Translations under genes and position numbers: made by a program
The notes under the pieces: generated by a model
What the model saw: only the letters and a program-made list of their open reading frames with translations
Databases searched by the model: none
What the model was told of the DNA's origin: nothing
Origin: Edaphobacter aggregans
GTDB taxonomy: Bacteria; Acidobacteriota; Terriglobia; Terriglobales; Acidobacteriaceae
DNA length: 32,000 nucleotides
Direction: 5' to 3'
NCBI RefSeq assembly: GCF_003945235.1
Contig: NZ_RSDW01000001.1
Coordinates: forward strand, 2,400,001-2,432,000
In this document: positions 10,791 through 18,955 of the stretch, one piece after another
How positions within the stretch are numbered: position 1 is the stretch's first letter
How the letters are laid out: every line of letters starts with the position of its first letter

Positions 10791-11248
10791 GGTACCCCTC
10801 AAGGACCATCGATATCCTGGCTTTTCGACATAGGACGCGCCGCTGCTCAGGATCGGATTGAAGTCTAACACCTTGCGAAATCGTTGCTTGCTGTCTTCCC
10901 CTACATCCGTCGTTGAGAGCCGATTCCGTGTGTGATAGCATCCCTCTCTCTTCGGGAAGCACGCCGCGGCCGGTCTGAAACGGACGTCAGGTGCGGTGCA
11001 GTGTATGTAGTTCGACGGGCGCGAAGAAGACGCAGGTAGACTCGAACGGCTGGTGCCTCCATGCATGGAATCGCACGGCAAACCAATACGGCCAGCAGCT
11101 TTAAGTTGGCAGCTGCAATCACTGAGACAACGTTGCTGCCCTCTCCCTGTCCTGCGGTTGCCCATTCGATTTTTAATCGCCATTGCAATGACAGCATCCC
11201 GCAAACCAGCAAGACAAATTCTCGAAAGACGGACCGAGGAGCCTGAGC

Positions 11249-13399
11249 ATGAAGATCTATCCGGGAAATGAGATCCGCAACGTAGCTGTCGTCGGGCACT
11301 CGCACTGCGGTAAGACCAGCCTCATCGCCGCCTTGTTGCATGCTTCGAAGATGACGCCGACTCTGGGCCACATTGAAGATGGGTCCGCCGTCACCGCGTA
11401 CGACGAAGAGGAGGTCGCACGCCGGACGACGATGTCCAACGCTGTGGCTTTTGCCGAGTGGAATGGCGTCAAGGTCAATTTGCTCGATACCCCCGGCTTT
11501 CACATGTTTGCCCACGACTCCCGCGCTGCCATGTTGCCGGTCGAATCAGCCCTGGTTGTCGTTAACGCACGCTCTGGTGTCGAGACTGTCACTGACCGCG
11601 TTTGGAAGTATGCTGCCGAGGTCAACCTGCCTCGCGTCGTCGTCGTCAACCAAGTCGACCATCCCAAGGCCGACAGCCGCATCGGACGCCACGAGATGAT
11701 CGAGACCATGCAGACAAAATGGGGACGCCAGGTCATACCTGTGCAGTTGCCTATCGTCGATCAGGATGGCTTCCACGGCGTGGTGGACCTCGTCACCATG
11801 AACGCCTTCCTCTATAAGCCCGACGGCGATGGCCGGGGCGAGGTCGGCAAGATCCCCGAGGCTGTCGCTGGTGACGCTAAAGCCGCGCACGAAGTCCTGG
11901 TGGAGCTCGTCGCCGAGGGCAAAGACGAGCTGATGGAGGAGTTCTTCGCCCAAGGCACCATCCCCGAGCAGCACCTCATCGCCGCGCTCCACGAGGCGAT
12001 ACGCGAGGACCGCATCTTCCCCGTTCTCTATGCCAGCGGCCTCCGCAACGTGGGCACAGATCACCTGCTCGACTTCCTCAAGGTCTACGCGCCCGCTCCC
12101 ACCGAGCGCGAGCCCATGGCTGCCCGAGCCATGCGCCGCCCCACGTCAGCCAATGGCCACGCCGACAACATGGAGCCAATGGAAGAGACAGTGATGCGGC
12201 ATGTTGCCGACAAAGAGCCACTTGCCCTCTACGTCTACAAGACCATGTGCGATCCCTTCGCCGGTCGCATCTCCTTCTTTAAAGTGATCAGCGGCGTCCT
12301 TCGCAACGACTCTACCGTGCAGAACTTCACCCGGCAGGAATCGGAGCGCTTCGCGCATCTCTCCATCATGGAAGGTCGCAAGCCCGTCGAGGTGCCGGAG
12401 TTGCACGCTGGCGATCTGGGAGCCATCCCTAAGCTGCGGACGACATTGACTGGCGACACCCTCGGCGACAAGGCGCACGAGATCTTCATCGAGCCCGTAC
12501 CCGTTCCCGAGCCGGCCATGACCTATGCCATCGAGCCCAAGTCGCGTGCCGACGAGGACAAACTCGCCCCTGCCCTGCACCGCATCATGGAGGAAGACCT
12601 CATGGTGCGCTTCTTCCGCGACCCCCAGACCAATGAGTTCCTGGTCGCCGGAGCGGGCCAGCAGCATATCGAGGTCGTTGTCTCCCGGCTCAAGCGCCGC
12701 TACCACACCGAGGTCACCCTCAAGGCTCCCAAGGTGCCTTACCGCGAGACCATCCGCGGTCGCGCCGAAGCCCAGGGCCGTCATAAAAAGCAGACTGGCG
12801 GTCACGGTCAATTCGGCGACTGCAAGCTCCGCATGGAACCCCTGCCCCGCGGCAGCGGCGTCGTCTTCGAGAACGACATCTTCGGTGGCGCCATTCCACG
12901 CCAGTTCGTGCCCGCCGTCGAGAAGGGAATTCAGGAGTCGGCCGCCCGCGGCTTCCTTGCCGGTTATCCAGTCGTCGACATCAAGGTGACGGTCTTCGAC
13001 GGTAGTTACCACGACGTTGACTCCAGCGAAATGTCCTTCAAGCTCGCCGCTCACCTTGCCTTCCGCAAGTGCATGGAGCAGGCGAAACCCGCGCTTCTGG
13101 AGCCCGTCATGCGCGTCGAGATCGAGGTGCCCGACGAGTTCGCCGGAGCCCTTATGGCTGATCTCAATGGCCGTCGCGGGCGCGTGCAGGGCATGGAAAG
13201 CGCCGGTGCTGGCACCATCGTCCGGGCCGAGGTTCCCATGGCCGAGATGCTCAACTATGGAACCACACTCACTTCAATCACCCAGGGCCGGGGCAGCTTC
13301 CGCATGGAGATGGACCACTACGACGTCGTCCCCCAACTCCTCTCCGAAAAGATACTCGCCACAGCCAAACGTCCCGTCAACGTGGACGCAGAAGACTGA
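11249..13399 (+). CDS. Elongation factor G paralog (EF-G2-type translational GTPase)
   Basis: The ATG at 11249 is preceded by GAGGAG with a 7-nt spacer. The P-loop is VVGHSHCGKTS rather than the canonical AHIDAGKTT. DTPGF, NQVD and all five EF-G domains are present through the C-terminus (...GRGSFRMEMDHYDVVP). The N-terminus resembles the Thermus EF-G-2 type (GHAGSGKTT). Confidence 0.9.
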   Translation: MKIYPGNEIRNVAVVGHSHCGKTSLIAALLHASKMTPTLGHIEDGSAVTAYDEEEVARRTTMSNAVAFAEWNGVKVNLLDTPGFHMFAHDSRAAMLPVESALVVVNARSGVETVTDRVWKYAAEVNLPRVVVVNQVDHPKADSRIGRHEMIETMQTKWGRQVIPVQLPIVDQDGFHGVVDLVTMNAFLYKPDGDGRGEVGKIPEAVAGDAKAAHEVLVELVAEGKDELMEEFFAQGTIPEQHLIAALHEAIREDRIFPVLYASGLRNVGTDHLLDFLKVYAPAPTEREPMAARAMRRPTSANGHADNMEPMEETVMRHVADKEPLALYVYKTMCDPFAGRISFFKVISGVLRNDSTVQNFTRQESERFAHLSIMEGRKPVEVPELHAGDLGAIPKLRTTLTGDTLGDKAHEIFIEPVPVPEPAMTYAIEPKSRADEDKLAPALHRIMEEDLMVRFFRDPQTNEFLVAGAGQQHIEVVVSRLKRRYHTEVTLKAPKVPYRETIRGRAEAQGRHKKQTGGHGQFGDCKLRMEPLPRGSGVVFENDIFGGAIPRQFVPAVEKGIQESAARGFLAGYPVVDIKVTVFDGSYHDVDSSEMSFKLAAHLAFRKCMEQAKPALLEPVMRVEIEVPDEFAGALMADLNGRRGRVQGMESAGAGTIVRAEVPMAEMLNYGTTLTSITQGRGSFRMEMDHYDVVPQLLSEKILATAKRPVNVDAED

Positions 13400-13400
13400 A

Positions 13401-13500
13401 GCCTCATCGAATGACGTGTTGTTGTCCTTGCCTTTATCGTTCGTTCACCAAACCCTGTCATCGTGAGCAGCGTGGCTTACATCGATGGGATCCGTGAATT
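13401..13500. repeat. Intergenic repeat element, copy B (inverted relative to copy A at 385-531)
   Basis: The reverse complement reads ...CGCTGCTCACGATGACAGGGTTTGGTGAACGAACGATAAAGGCAAGGACAACAACACGTCATTCGATGAGG. It shares CGCTGCTCACGATGA, GTGAAC and ATAA..AAAGGCAA..ACAACA, in the same order, with copy A. Confidence 0.55.
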
Positions 13501-13848
13501 GCCGTCAGGCTTTGGAATGAATATTTTGCCGCCAACTTGTTTATTTGGAATATTTTAGCGACTCCCATTTTGTATCTGGGTAGAAACACGATACTTACAA
13601 ATCGATCCCCAGAGGCAAGGGGCACAGACTAAGAAAATCTTCACCGTAGATTCGCATACCTATGCGTTGATCGGTGGCGTGGGGCTGAATTGCAACCGAT
13701 AAACCAGAGGTCTATAGTCATCTGTCGCTGGAGTTGGCGTGCGTGTGGCGCGTTGTGATTTAGTGCCCTGCCAGTCAGATCTATTCATTCCATGGCCAAA
13801 CCCAGGAGAACCAAAACAAATGTAAATAACGCCTCTTAAGGAGAATTT

Positions 13849-15033
13849 ATGGCAGCGTCTATTGTCGAAAGCGTGATGAGCTTTTTGGGGCCCCAGGTTG
13901 CCGGCCAAGTGGCCTCGCAACTCGGAGAATCCACCGAGACTGTCCAACGCGGCCTTCAAGCCAGCTCTGCCGCTATGCTATCCGGCATTGCCGCCAAGGC
14001 TGATGAGCCCGGTTTCCTTAGCCAGATCTTCGGTCTTATTACCAATCCTGCCAACAGTGCTGGCGCTCTCTCCAGCCTTACCTCCGGCCTGGGCTCTCCT
14101 GTCACTGGCGCTGGTTCGCCCCTCGGCGAGCTTGGGAGCCGCTTTCTCTCCAGCATCTTCGGGGCTCGCCAGTCCACGATAGCGGATGCCATCGGCCAGA
14201 CCTCCGGCCTCCCCAGCAGTAAAGCGATGAGTCTCCTCACTATGGCTGCCCCGCTCGTTCTTGGCGCTCTGGGGAATCACGTCCGCGAAAACGGCCTCAG
14301 CGCCAGCGGTCTGGCAAACTCAATCAAGAGCGAGGCTTCCGGTCTGCAGCGATTCTTACCGGCCGGGTTGCTCTCCTCGCTAACTGCCGCACCAGCCTAC
14401 GTGGCGAACCAGACCGCGAAGGCTGCTGGCGCCGCCAATCGATGGCTCTGGCCCGTCATCCTGCTTGCCATACTTCTGCTCGGCGTCCTGTGGTTCTTCA
14501 ACCGAGCGAAGGCCCCTGTCACTGAAACCGTGCAAAACGCCGCCAACTCTGCGAGCTCCGCCGTGTCCGCGCTCGGCGACTTCTTCAAGACCAAACTGCC
14601 CAACGGTGTCGAACTTAATATTCCTCAGTTCGGCATCGAGAACAAGCTCCTCACCTTCATTCAGGACACCTCCAAGCCGGTTGACCCTAACACTTGGTTC
14701 AACTTTGACCGTCTCCTCTTTGACACAGGCAAAGCTACCCTTCAGCCCTCATCGCAAGAGCAGCTGGACAATATCGCCAACATTCTCAAGGCCTACCCCA
14801 ACGTTCACGTCAAGATCGGTGGCTACACCGACAACACCGGTGATCCCTCGGCGAACATGACTCTCTCCTCAGAACGCGCCAAGAACGTTATGGACGCGCT
14901 TGTCTCCTCTGGGATTGACCCCTCAAGGCTCACCTCCGAAGGCTACGGCGACCAGTATCCCGTAGGCGATAACTCGACTGAGGAGGGCCGTGCCAAGAAC
15001 CGGCGCATCGCTCTCCGCGTTACTGAGAAATAG
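13849..15033 (+). CDS. OmpA-family protein with a DUF937-like N-terminal region and one TM segment
   Basis: The ATG at 13849 is preceded by AAGGAG. The N-terminal region is Ala/Ser/Gly-rich and DUF937-like (MAASIVESVMSFLGPQVAGQVASQLGES...). A TM helix follows (WLWPVILLAILLLGVLWFF). The C-terminal OmpA peptidoglycan-binding domain is present (KIGGYTDNTGDPSANMTLSSERAKNV...GRAKNRRIALRV). Confidence 0.9.
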   Translation: MAASIVESVMSFLGPQVAGQVASQLGESTETVQRGLQASSAAMLSGIAAKADEPGFLSQIFGLITNPANSAGALSSLTSGLGSPVTGAGSPLGELGSRFLSSIFGARQSTIADAIGQTSGLPSSKAMSLLTMAAPLVLGALGNHVRENGLSASGLANSIKSEASGLQRFLPAGLLSSLTAAPAYVANQTAKAAGAANRWLWPVILLAILLLGVLWFFNRAKAPVTETVQNAANSASSAVSALGDFFKTKLPNGVELNIPQFGIENKLLTFIQDTSKPVDPNTWFNFDRLLFDTGKATLQPSSQEQLDNIANILKAYPNVHVKIGGYTDNTGDPSANMTLSSERAKNVMDALVSSGIDPSRLTSEGYGDQYPVGDNSTEEGRAKNRRIALRVTEK

Positions 15034-15041
15034 GGTTGGTT

Positions 15042-15067
15042 GGAACGGCTCATTTCAGACCGGCGTA
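15042..15067 (+). promoter_or_regulatory. Candidate ECF-type promoter GGAAC-N17-CGTA
   Basis: GGAAC lies at 15042-15046 and CGTA at 15064-15067, with a 17-nt spacer. This matches generic ECF -35/-10 patterns (GGAAC/TGAAAC ... CGT). It sits about 195 bp upstream of the sigma-like gene and overlaps the hairpin at 15057-15088. It is a single occurrence and unverified. Confidence 0.2.
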
Positions 15068-15088
15068 GACCAGAGACTGCGCCGGTCT
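15057..15088 (+). terminator. Hairpin downstream of the OmpA-family gene (possible terminator)
   Basis: A 9-bp perfect stem AGACCGGCG (15057-15065) / CGCCGGTCT (15080-15088) with a 14-nt loop. The trailing sequence CGTTCATG lacks a proper U-tract. Confidence 0.4.
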
Positions 15089-15259
15089 CGTTCATGTAGC
15101 ACTTAAACCAATGCAGCGAAGAATTTACTGCAGCCAGCATGCCGATCCCGGGTATGCTTGTGGCAACATTCTTCTGCCTATGTTCTTGCCTGCCCAAAAG
15201 AAGGCTAAGTTACCGCCTAGGCTTCTTCCACCCTCATCCTCGAGACGAGGTAACTGATC

Positions 15260-15895
15260 GTGGAATCGAACTCGCTTTCGGCCTTGCTCGCCCTTCTTCA
15301 CCATGACCCCGTCGAGGCCGCGACAGCCTACCGCCGCCTGCAACAACGGCTAGTCCGCTTCTTCAACCTCACCGCCGCCTCTGATCCGCAGCAACTCGCA
15401 GACGAGACAATCAAACGCCTTGCACAGCGCGCCGCGGAAGATGCAGCGGCTGTCCCTGTTGCCAACGCGAACGATCCCGCCAGTGCCGAAGGAGGGTCGC
15501 CAATGATCCGCTCCGCGACGGCCCTCGTGTCGGGTGTCGCCCGTGAGGTTTTGCAGGAGGACCTGAGCCGCAGCCAGTCCAACGATCAGGCAGTGGTCGA
15601 CTGGTTTGCCCAGACGAGCAAGGCTTTTGACCCCAACCGCGAGCGGCGACAGACCATTCTCCGATCCTGCCTCTCTCGACTGTCTCCCGAACGACGTCGA
15701 CTGATCGAGAACTACTATGGCTGGAGTTCGAGTAACAAAGCTGAGCGTCATCTACAACTCGCGCGATCACTAGACCTCAACCTCGATGCCTTGCATGCCA
15801 AAGTTCTTCGTTCGCGCGCCCAGCTTGAATCCTGCGTGCGCAGGAAACAGGAGAATACTTCGCGGCGTTCGAAGACCAGGGGAAGAAAGTCGTGA
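15260..15895 (+). CDS. Divergent ECF-like sigma-70 family protein (putative RNA polymerase sigma factor)
   Basis: GTG start at 15260 with GAGG 9 nt upstream. A region-2-like helix pair is present (YRRLQQRLVRFFNLTAASDPQQLADETIKRLAQRA ... ALVSGVAREVLQEDLSR). A region-4-like HTH follows (CLSRLSPERRRLIENYYGW...LARSLDLNLDALHAKVLRSRAQLESCV). The assignment rests on pattern only; the sequence is atypical. Confidence 0.55.
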   Translation: MESNSLSALLALLHHDPVEAATAYRRLQQRLVRFFNLTAASDPQQLADETIKRLAQRAAEDAAAVPVANANDPASAEGGSPMIRSATALVSGVAREVLQEDLSRSQSNDQAVVDWFAQTSKAFDPNRERRQTILRSCLSRLSPERRRLIENYYGWSSSNKAERHLQLARSLDLNLDALHAKVLRSRAQLESCVRRKQENTSRRSKTRGRKS

Positions 15896-16734
15896 CCAAA
15901 CCCCTCAGCGATCGAAAGCGGAGTGCTCTTCGCGGACAATTGATCGCGTATCTTGCAGAAACTATGCCTGAGGCGCAGCGTGAAGGCTTTGAGCAGCGTT
16001 TACTGAACGAAGATGCCTTCTCCGAACAGATCCATTATGCCCAGCAGGAACTGCTCGAGGACTATGCTGCCGGTGCTCTGTCGGCGGTGCATCGTAAACA
16101 GCTTGGCCCCTGGATCCTCAGCTCTTCTGGCCGCCGCCAGCACGTACAGCTCACGTCCGATCTGCTCTACCGTGCCCGTCATTCGAGAGCGATTGCCGTG
16201 CGCGTTGCTGTGGCGATTACCGCTGCCTGCGTGCTTTTGCTTTGGGGGCTTCGTTCACTGCATCCCCTCCAATACTTCCACGGTGCACCGCCACCCCCCG
16301 CTGCACAAGTTAATCAGTCTCCGCCCACTTTTATTGCGCCCGGCGAACGCTCAACTTTAGAAGATCCCGCTTCTATTGCCAGCGCGGATGCTCCCACCGC
16401 GATTCAACCGGTGGTCGTCCAGCTCGTGCCTGAGCATGTCCGTGGCGAATCGCTGCCCACCGTCATCTACTCCTACACAATCCCAGCTCCGTCACCCATC
16501 CTGCTGCAGATTCTCGTGCCCTCCGACAGCGGCTGCGAGTATAGCGTTACGATTCACGCGGAGACTGCTGCTGTTGCTGACCGTCACATCGAGCGCGTCG
16601 CTTGCGTGACTGTTCGTGACTCACAGTACGTAGATGTCGACCTGCCGCCCGGCTCTCTGCCTCCGGGGCAATACACGGCTCGGATTTCAGGGCCGGACGG
16701 GTCTTTGATGGGTCGGTTTATTGTCCACTTTTAA
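15892..16734 (+). CDS. Single-pass membrane protein, putative anti-sigma factor (no zf-HC2 Cys/His motif)
   Basis: The GTG start at 15892 overlaps the TGA stop of the sigma-like gene (GTGA), implying translational coupling. It has an N-terminal cytoplasmic helical region (LRGQLIAYLAETMPEAQREGFEQRLLNEDAFSEQIHYAQQELLEDYAAGAL), a TM helix (IAVRVAVAITAACVLLLWGL), and an extracytoplasmic domain of about 160 aa. Confidence 0.55.
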   Translation: MTKPLSDRKRSALRGQLIAYLAETMPEAQREGFEQRLLNEDAFSEQIHYAQQELLEDYAAGALSAVHRKQLGPWILSSSGRRQHVQLTSDLLYRARHSRAIAVRVAVAITAACVLLLWGLRSLHPLQYFHGAPPPPAAQVNQSPPTFIAPGERSTLEDPASIASADAPTAIQPVVVQLVPEHVRGESLPTVIYSYTIPAPSPILLQILVPSDSGCEYSVTIHAETAAVADRHIERVACVTVRDSQYVDVDLPPGSLPPGQYTARISGPDGSLMGRFIVHF

Positions 16735-16757
16735 TGTGTCTTGAGTGAAGGAGGGAG

Positions 16758-18017
16758 TTATTGAATCCATTCGACACGAATGGATTTTTTTCCAAGACGA
16801 AGGACGGGAGATGGGCCAAGTTGATCTGTAGTGATTTGCCGGTCAGCAAATTTTGATCCGTTAACACTGACGGCGTTTTCTGCGATCTTGCGGTTGGCCT
16901 CTCCGGTGGAGGCGGCGAGGCCTGCAATGTGTAGTAGCTTCGCGATTTTGATCGTCGTGCTGGCGCCTTCGGTGGGAGCAGTGAGGCCTTCTTCGGTGAT
17001 ACTGACCTTTACGACGGGGACGTCTTCACTTACGCCACGCTGCTGGAATAGCTTGGCCCAATTTTCTGCGGCGGCGTCGGCTTCGGCTTGTGAGTGGAAG
17101 TCGCGGGTGATGGTGTGGGCGAGGTTTTTCTTCGCCTGCATGGGATGGAGTGAGCCGCTGGCTACTTCGGCTTGCATCTGCGCAATCTCGGACTGGCGGA
17201 GATCGGTGAGGAGGGTCCAGTACTTCCACATCAGATCGTCGGAGATGGACATGAGCTTGCCGTACATCTCGGAGGCGGGCTCGTGAATGCCGATGGCGTT
17301 GTTGAGGGACTTCGACATTTTTTGGACGCCGTCGAGTCCTTCGAGGATGGGGTTCATGAGGATGATCTGCTGGGGCTGGCCGAAGTGTTTCTGCAGGTCG
17401 CGGCCTCGCATGAGGTTGAATTTTTGATCGGTGCCACCTAACTCGACGTCGCATTGGAGCGCGACGGAGTCGTAGCCCTGGGCGATGGGGTAGATCATCT
17501 CGTGGAGGGCGATGGGCTGCTCGTCGTTGAAGCGCTTGTGGAAGTCCTCGCGCTCGAGCATCTGGGAGACGGTGAATTGGGCGAGGAGCTTCACCATGTC
17601 GTAGTAGCTGAGCTTGTCGAGCCACTCGGAGTTGTAGCGGACCTCGGTTTTGATGGGGTCGAGGATCTTGAAGACTTGTTCTTTGTAGGTCTCGGCGTTG
17701 GCGGCGATCTGCTCGGGCGTGAGGGGCTTGCGGGTGACGTTGCGGCCTGTGGGGTCGCCGATGAGGGCGGTGCTGTCACCGATGAGGAAGATGACGGTGT
17801 GGCCGAGCTGCTGGAAGTGGCGCAGCTTGCGGATGAGGACAGTATGGCCGAGGTGGAGGTCGGGCGCAGTGGGGTCGAAGCCGGCCTTGATGCGCATGGG
17901 CTTGCCGGTGGCGATGGATTGGCTGATGCGCTCTTTGAGGGCTTCGAGGGGGAGGATCTCGGCGGCGCCTTTGGCGATGAGGTCAAGCTGGTCTTCAACG
18001 GAGGGGAACGTAGACAT
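16758..18017 (-). CDS. tyrS: Tyrosine--tRNA ligase
   Basis: HIGH-type motif (DLHLGH) and KMSKS are present, along with a C-terminal S4-like domain ([16 protein letters not shown]...). The start was trimmed from 18113 to the ATG at 18017 ([23 protein letters not shown]). Confidence 0.96.
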   Translation of the reverse strand: MSTFPSVEDQLDLIAKGAAEILPLEALKERISQSIATGKPMRIKAGFDPTAPDLHLGHTVLIRKLRHFQQLGHTVIFLIGDSTALIGDPTGRNVTRKPLTPEQIAANAETYKEQVFKILDPIKTEVRYNSEWLDKLSYYDMVKLLAQFTVSQMLEREDFHKRFNDEQPIALHEMIYPIAQGYDSVALQCDVELGGTDQKFNLMRGRDLQKHFGQPQQIILMNPILEGLDGVQKMSKSLNNAIGIHEPASEMYGKLMSISDDLMWKYWTLLTDLRQSEIAQMQAEVASGSLHPMQAKKNLAHTITRDFHSQAEADAAAENWAKLFQQRGVSEDVPVVKVSITEEGLTAPTEGASTTIKIAKLLHIAGLAASTGEANRKIAENAVSVNGSKFADRQITTDQLGPSPVLRLGKKSIRVEWIQ

Positions 18018-18071
18018 GTCGTTTTTAAGTATAAAGATGCTTGTCGGGATCGGGATTGGTTGGAGGATTTT

Positions 18072-18482
18072 GTGCCGGATAAGAAGCGCAAGCCAGAGCG
18101 GGAGACTCCGCATAAGGACAAGATTTGCAAGACGTGTGGGCGGGTGTTTGCGTGGCGGAAGGAGTTTGAAAGGGACTGGGATGTGATGAAGTATTGCAGC
18201 GATTCTTGTCGCGGGTATCGGCCGGGTGAGGCGGATGCGGCGCTGGAGGCGGCGATTCTGGAGCTGCTGGCGGAACGGAATGTGGGGGAGACGATCTGTC
18301 CGTCAGAGGCGGCGAAGCTGGTGGGTGGGACGGAGACTCGGCGGGGGTGGGAGGGTTTGATGGTGCCAGCGAGGGCTGCGGCGAGGCGGCTGGTGAAGGT
18401 CGGAAAGATCGTCGTGACGCAGGATGGGAAGGTGGTTGACGCCTCCACGGCAAAAGGAGCGATCCGTTTGAGGTTGCGCTGA
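18072..18482 (+). CDS. DUF2256 zinc-ribbon + DUF3253 fusion protein
   Basis: This is the 3' part of ORF 17454..18482; the rest of that ORF is antisense to tyrS. An in-frame GTG at 18072 is preceded by GGAGGA with a 4-nt spacer. DUF2256 signature: [35 protein letters not shown]3253-like: [12 protein letters not shown]...[31 protein letters not shown]...KGAIRLRL. Confidence 0.75.
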   Translation: MPDKKRKPERETPHKDKICKTCGRVFAWRKEFERDWDVMKYCSDSCRGYRPGEADAALEAAILELLAERNVGETICPSEAAKLVGGTETRRGWEGLMVPARAAARRLVKVGKIVVTQDGKVVDASTAKGAIRLRLR

Positions 18483-18495
18483 CTATACTTTCGGC

Positions 18496-18933
18496 ATGGA
18501 TGTTGAGCGGGTTCGTGGATTTCTGCTGGGGTTGCCGAACGTCGTGGAGACGATGCAGTGGGGTGCGAATCTTGTCTTCTGGGTGGGGGATAAGGCTATT
18601 GGCGGGAAGATGTTTGCGCTGGCGAATCTGGATGGCGATGGGCGGGCGATGATCTCGTATGCTGCGGGGCCGGAGCGGTATTCGGAGCTGCTGGAGATTG
18701 AGGGGGTGATTCCGGCTCCGTATATGGCTCGGATCTTCTGGGTGGCGGTGGAGCGGTGGGATGTGTTTCGCTGGGCCGAGTGGGAACGGGAGCTAACGAC
18801 GGCACATGCGATTACCTTCGCAAAGATGCCGCCGAAGACGCGCGCTGTGCTGGGCTTGCCTGCGAAGGAGCAGAAGAGACTGATTCGCGAACGAAGGGCT
18901 TTACTGGCAGAGCGCGCTGCAGCGAAGGGGTGA
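18496..18933 (+). CDS. MmcQ/YjbR family DNA-binding protein
   Basis: A 145-aa ORF starting 13 nt after the previous stop. Family-typical features: LLGLPNVVETMQWG...VFWVGDKAIGGKMFAL ... YSELLEIEGVIPAPYMAR..WV. Confidence 0.8.
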   Translation: MDVERVRGFLLGLPNVVETMQWGANLVFWVGDKAIGGKMFALANLDGDGRAMISYAAGPERYSELLEIEGVIPAPYMARIFWVAVERWDVFRWAEWERELTTAHAITFAKMPPKTRAVLGLPAKEQKRLIRERRALLAERAAAKG

Positions 18934-18955
18934 GCGGATCGGGCTTGGTCTGCGC

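Noticed and set aside
11051-11065. TGGTGCCTCCATGCA, a possible sigma-54 promoter in the FHA/EF-G intergenic region.
   Set aside because: The GG-N9-GC spacing is wrong by one nt, and the -24 element is poor.
10791-11204. The N-terminal ~140 codons of track ORF 9207..11204.
   Set aside because: The composition is not protein-like (Cys/Arg/Ser-rich, with no domain). The FHA core begins right after a TTG with a GAGGGG RBS at 10790. I treat this stretch as 5' UTR or intergenic, although the start remains uncertain.
11061-11246. A 61-aa ORF ending 2 nt before the EF-G paralog ATG, considered as a possible leader peptide.
   Set aside because: My hand count of third-position GC is about 54% (33 of 61), well below neighbouring real genes. 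There is no RBS and no recognisable sequence features.
10901-11515. A 204-aa minus-strand ORF bridging the intergenic region and the 5' end of the EF-G paralog.
   Set aside because: It is antisense to the EF-G GTPase domain, and the remainder has no coding signature.
13511-13560. A reading of the TTTGGAAT...TTTGCC / TTTGGAATATTTTAGC repeats as sigma-54 -24/-12 elements.
   Set aside because: The GG-to-GC spacing is off by +2 and -1 nt respectively. I kept them only as unexplained direct repeats.
17454-18071. The 5' two-thirds of the 342-aa + strand ORF.
   Set aside because: It lies entirely antisense to tyrS and has the Gly/Glu/Asp/Val/Leu-rich composition typical of shadow frames. The real gene starts at the in-frame GTG at 18072, which has a GGAGGA RBS.
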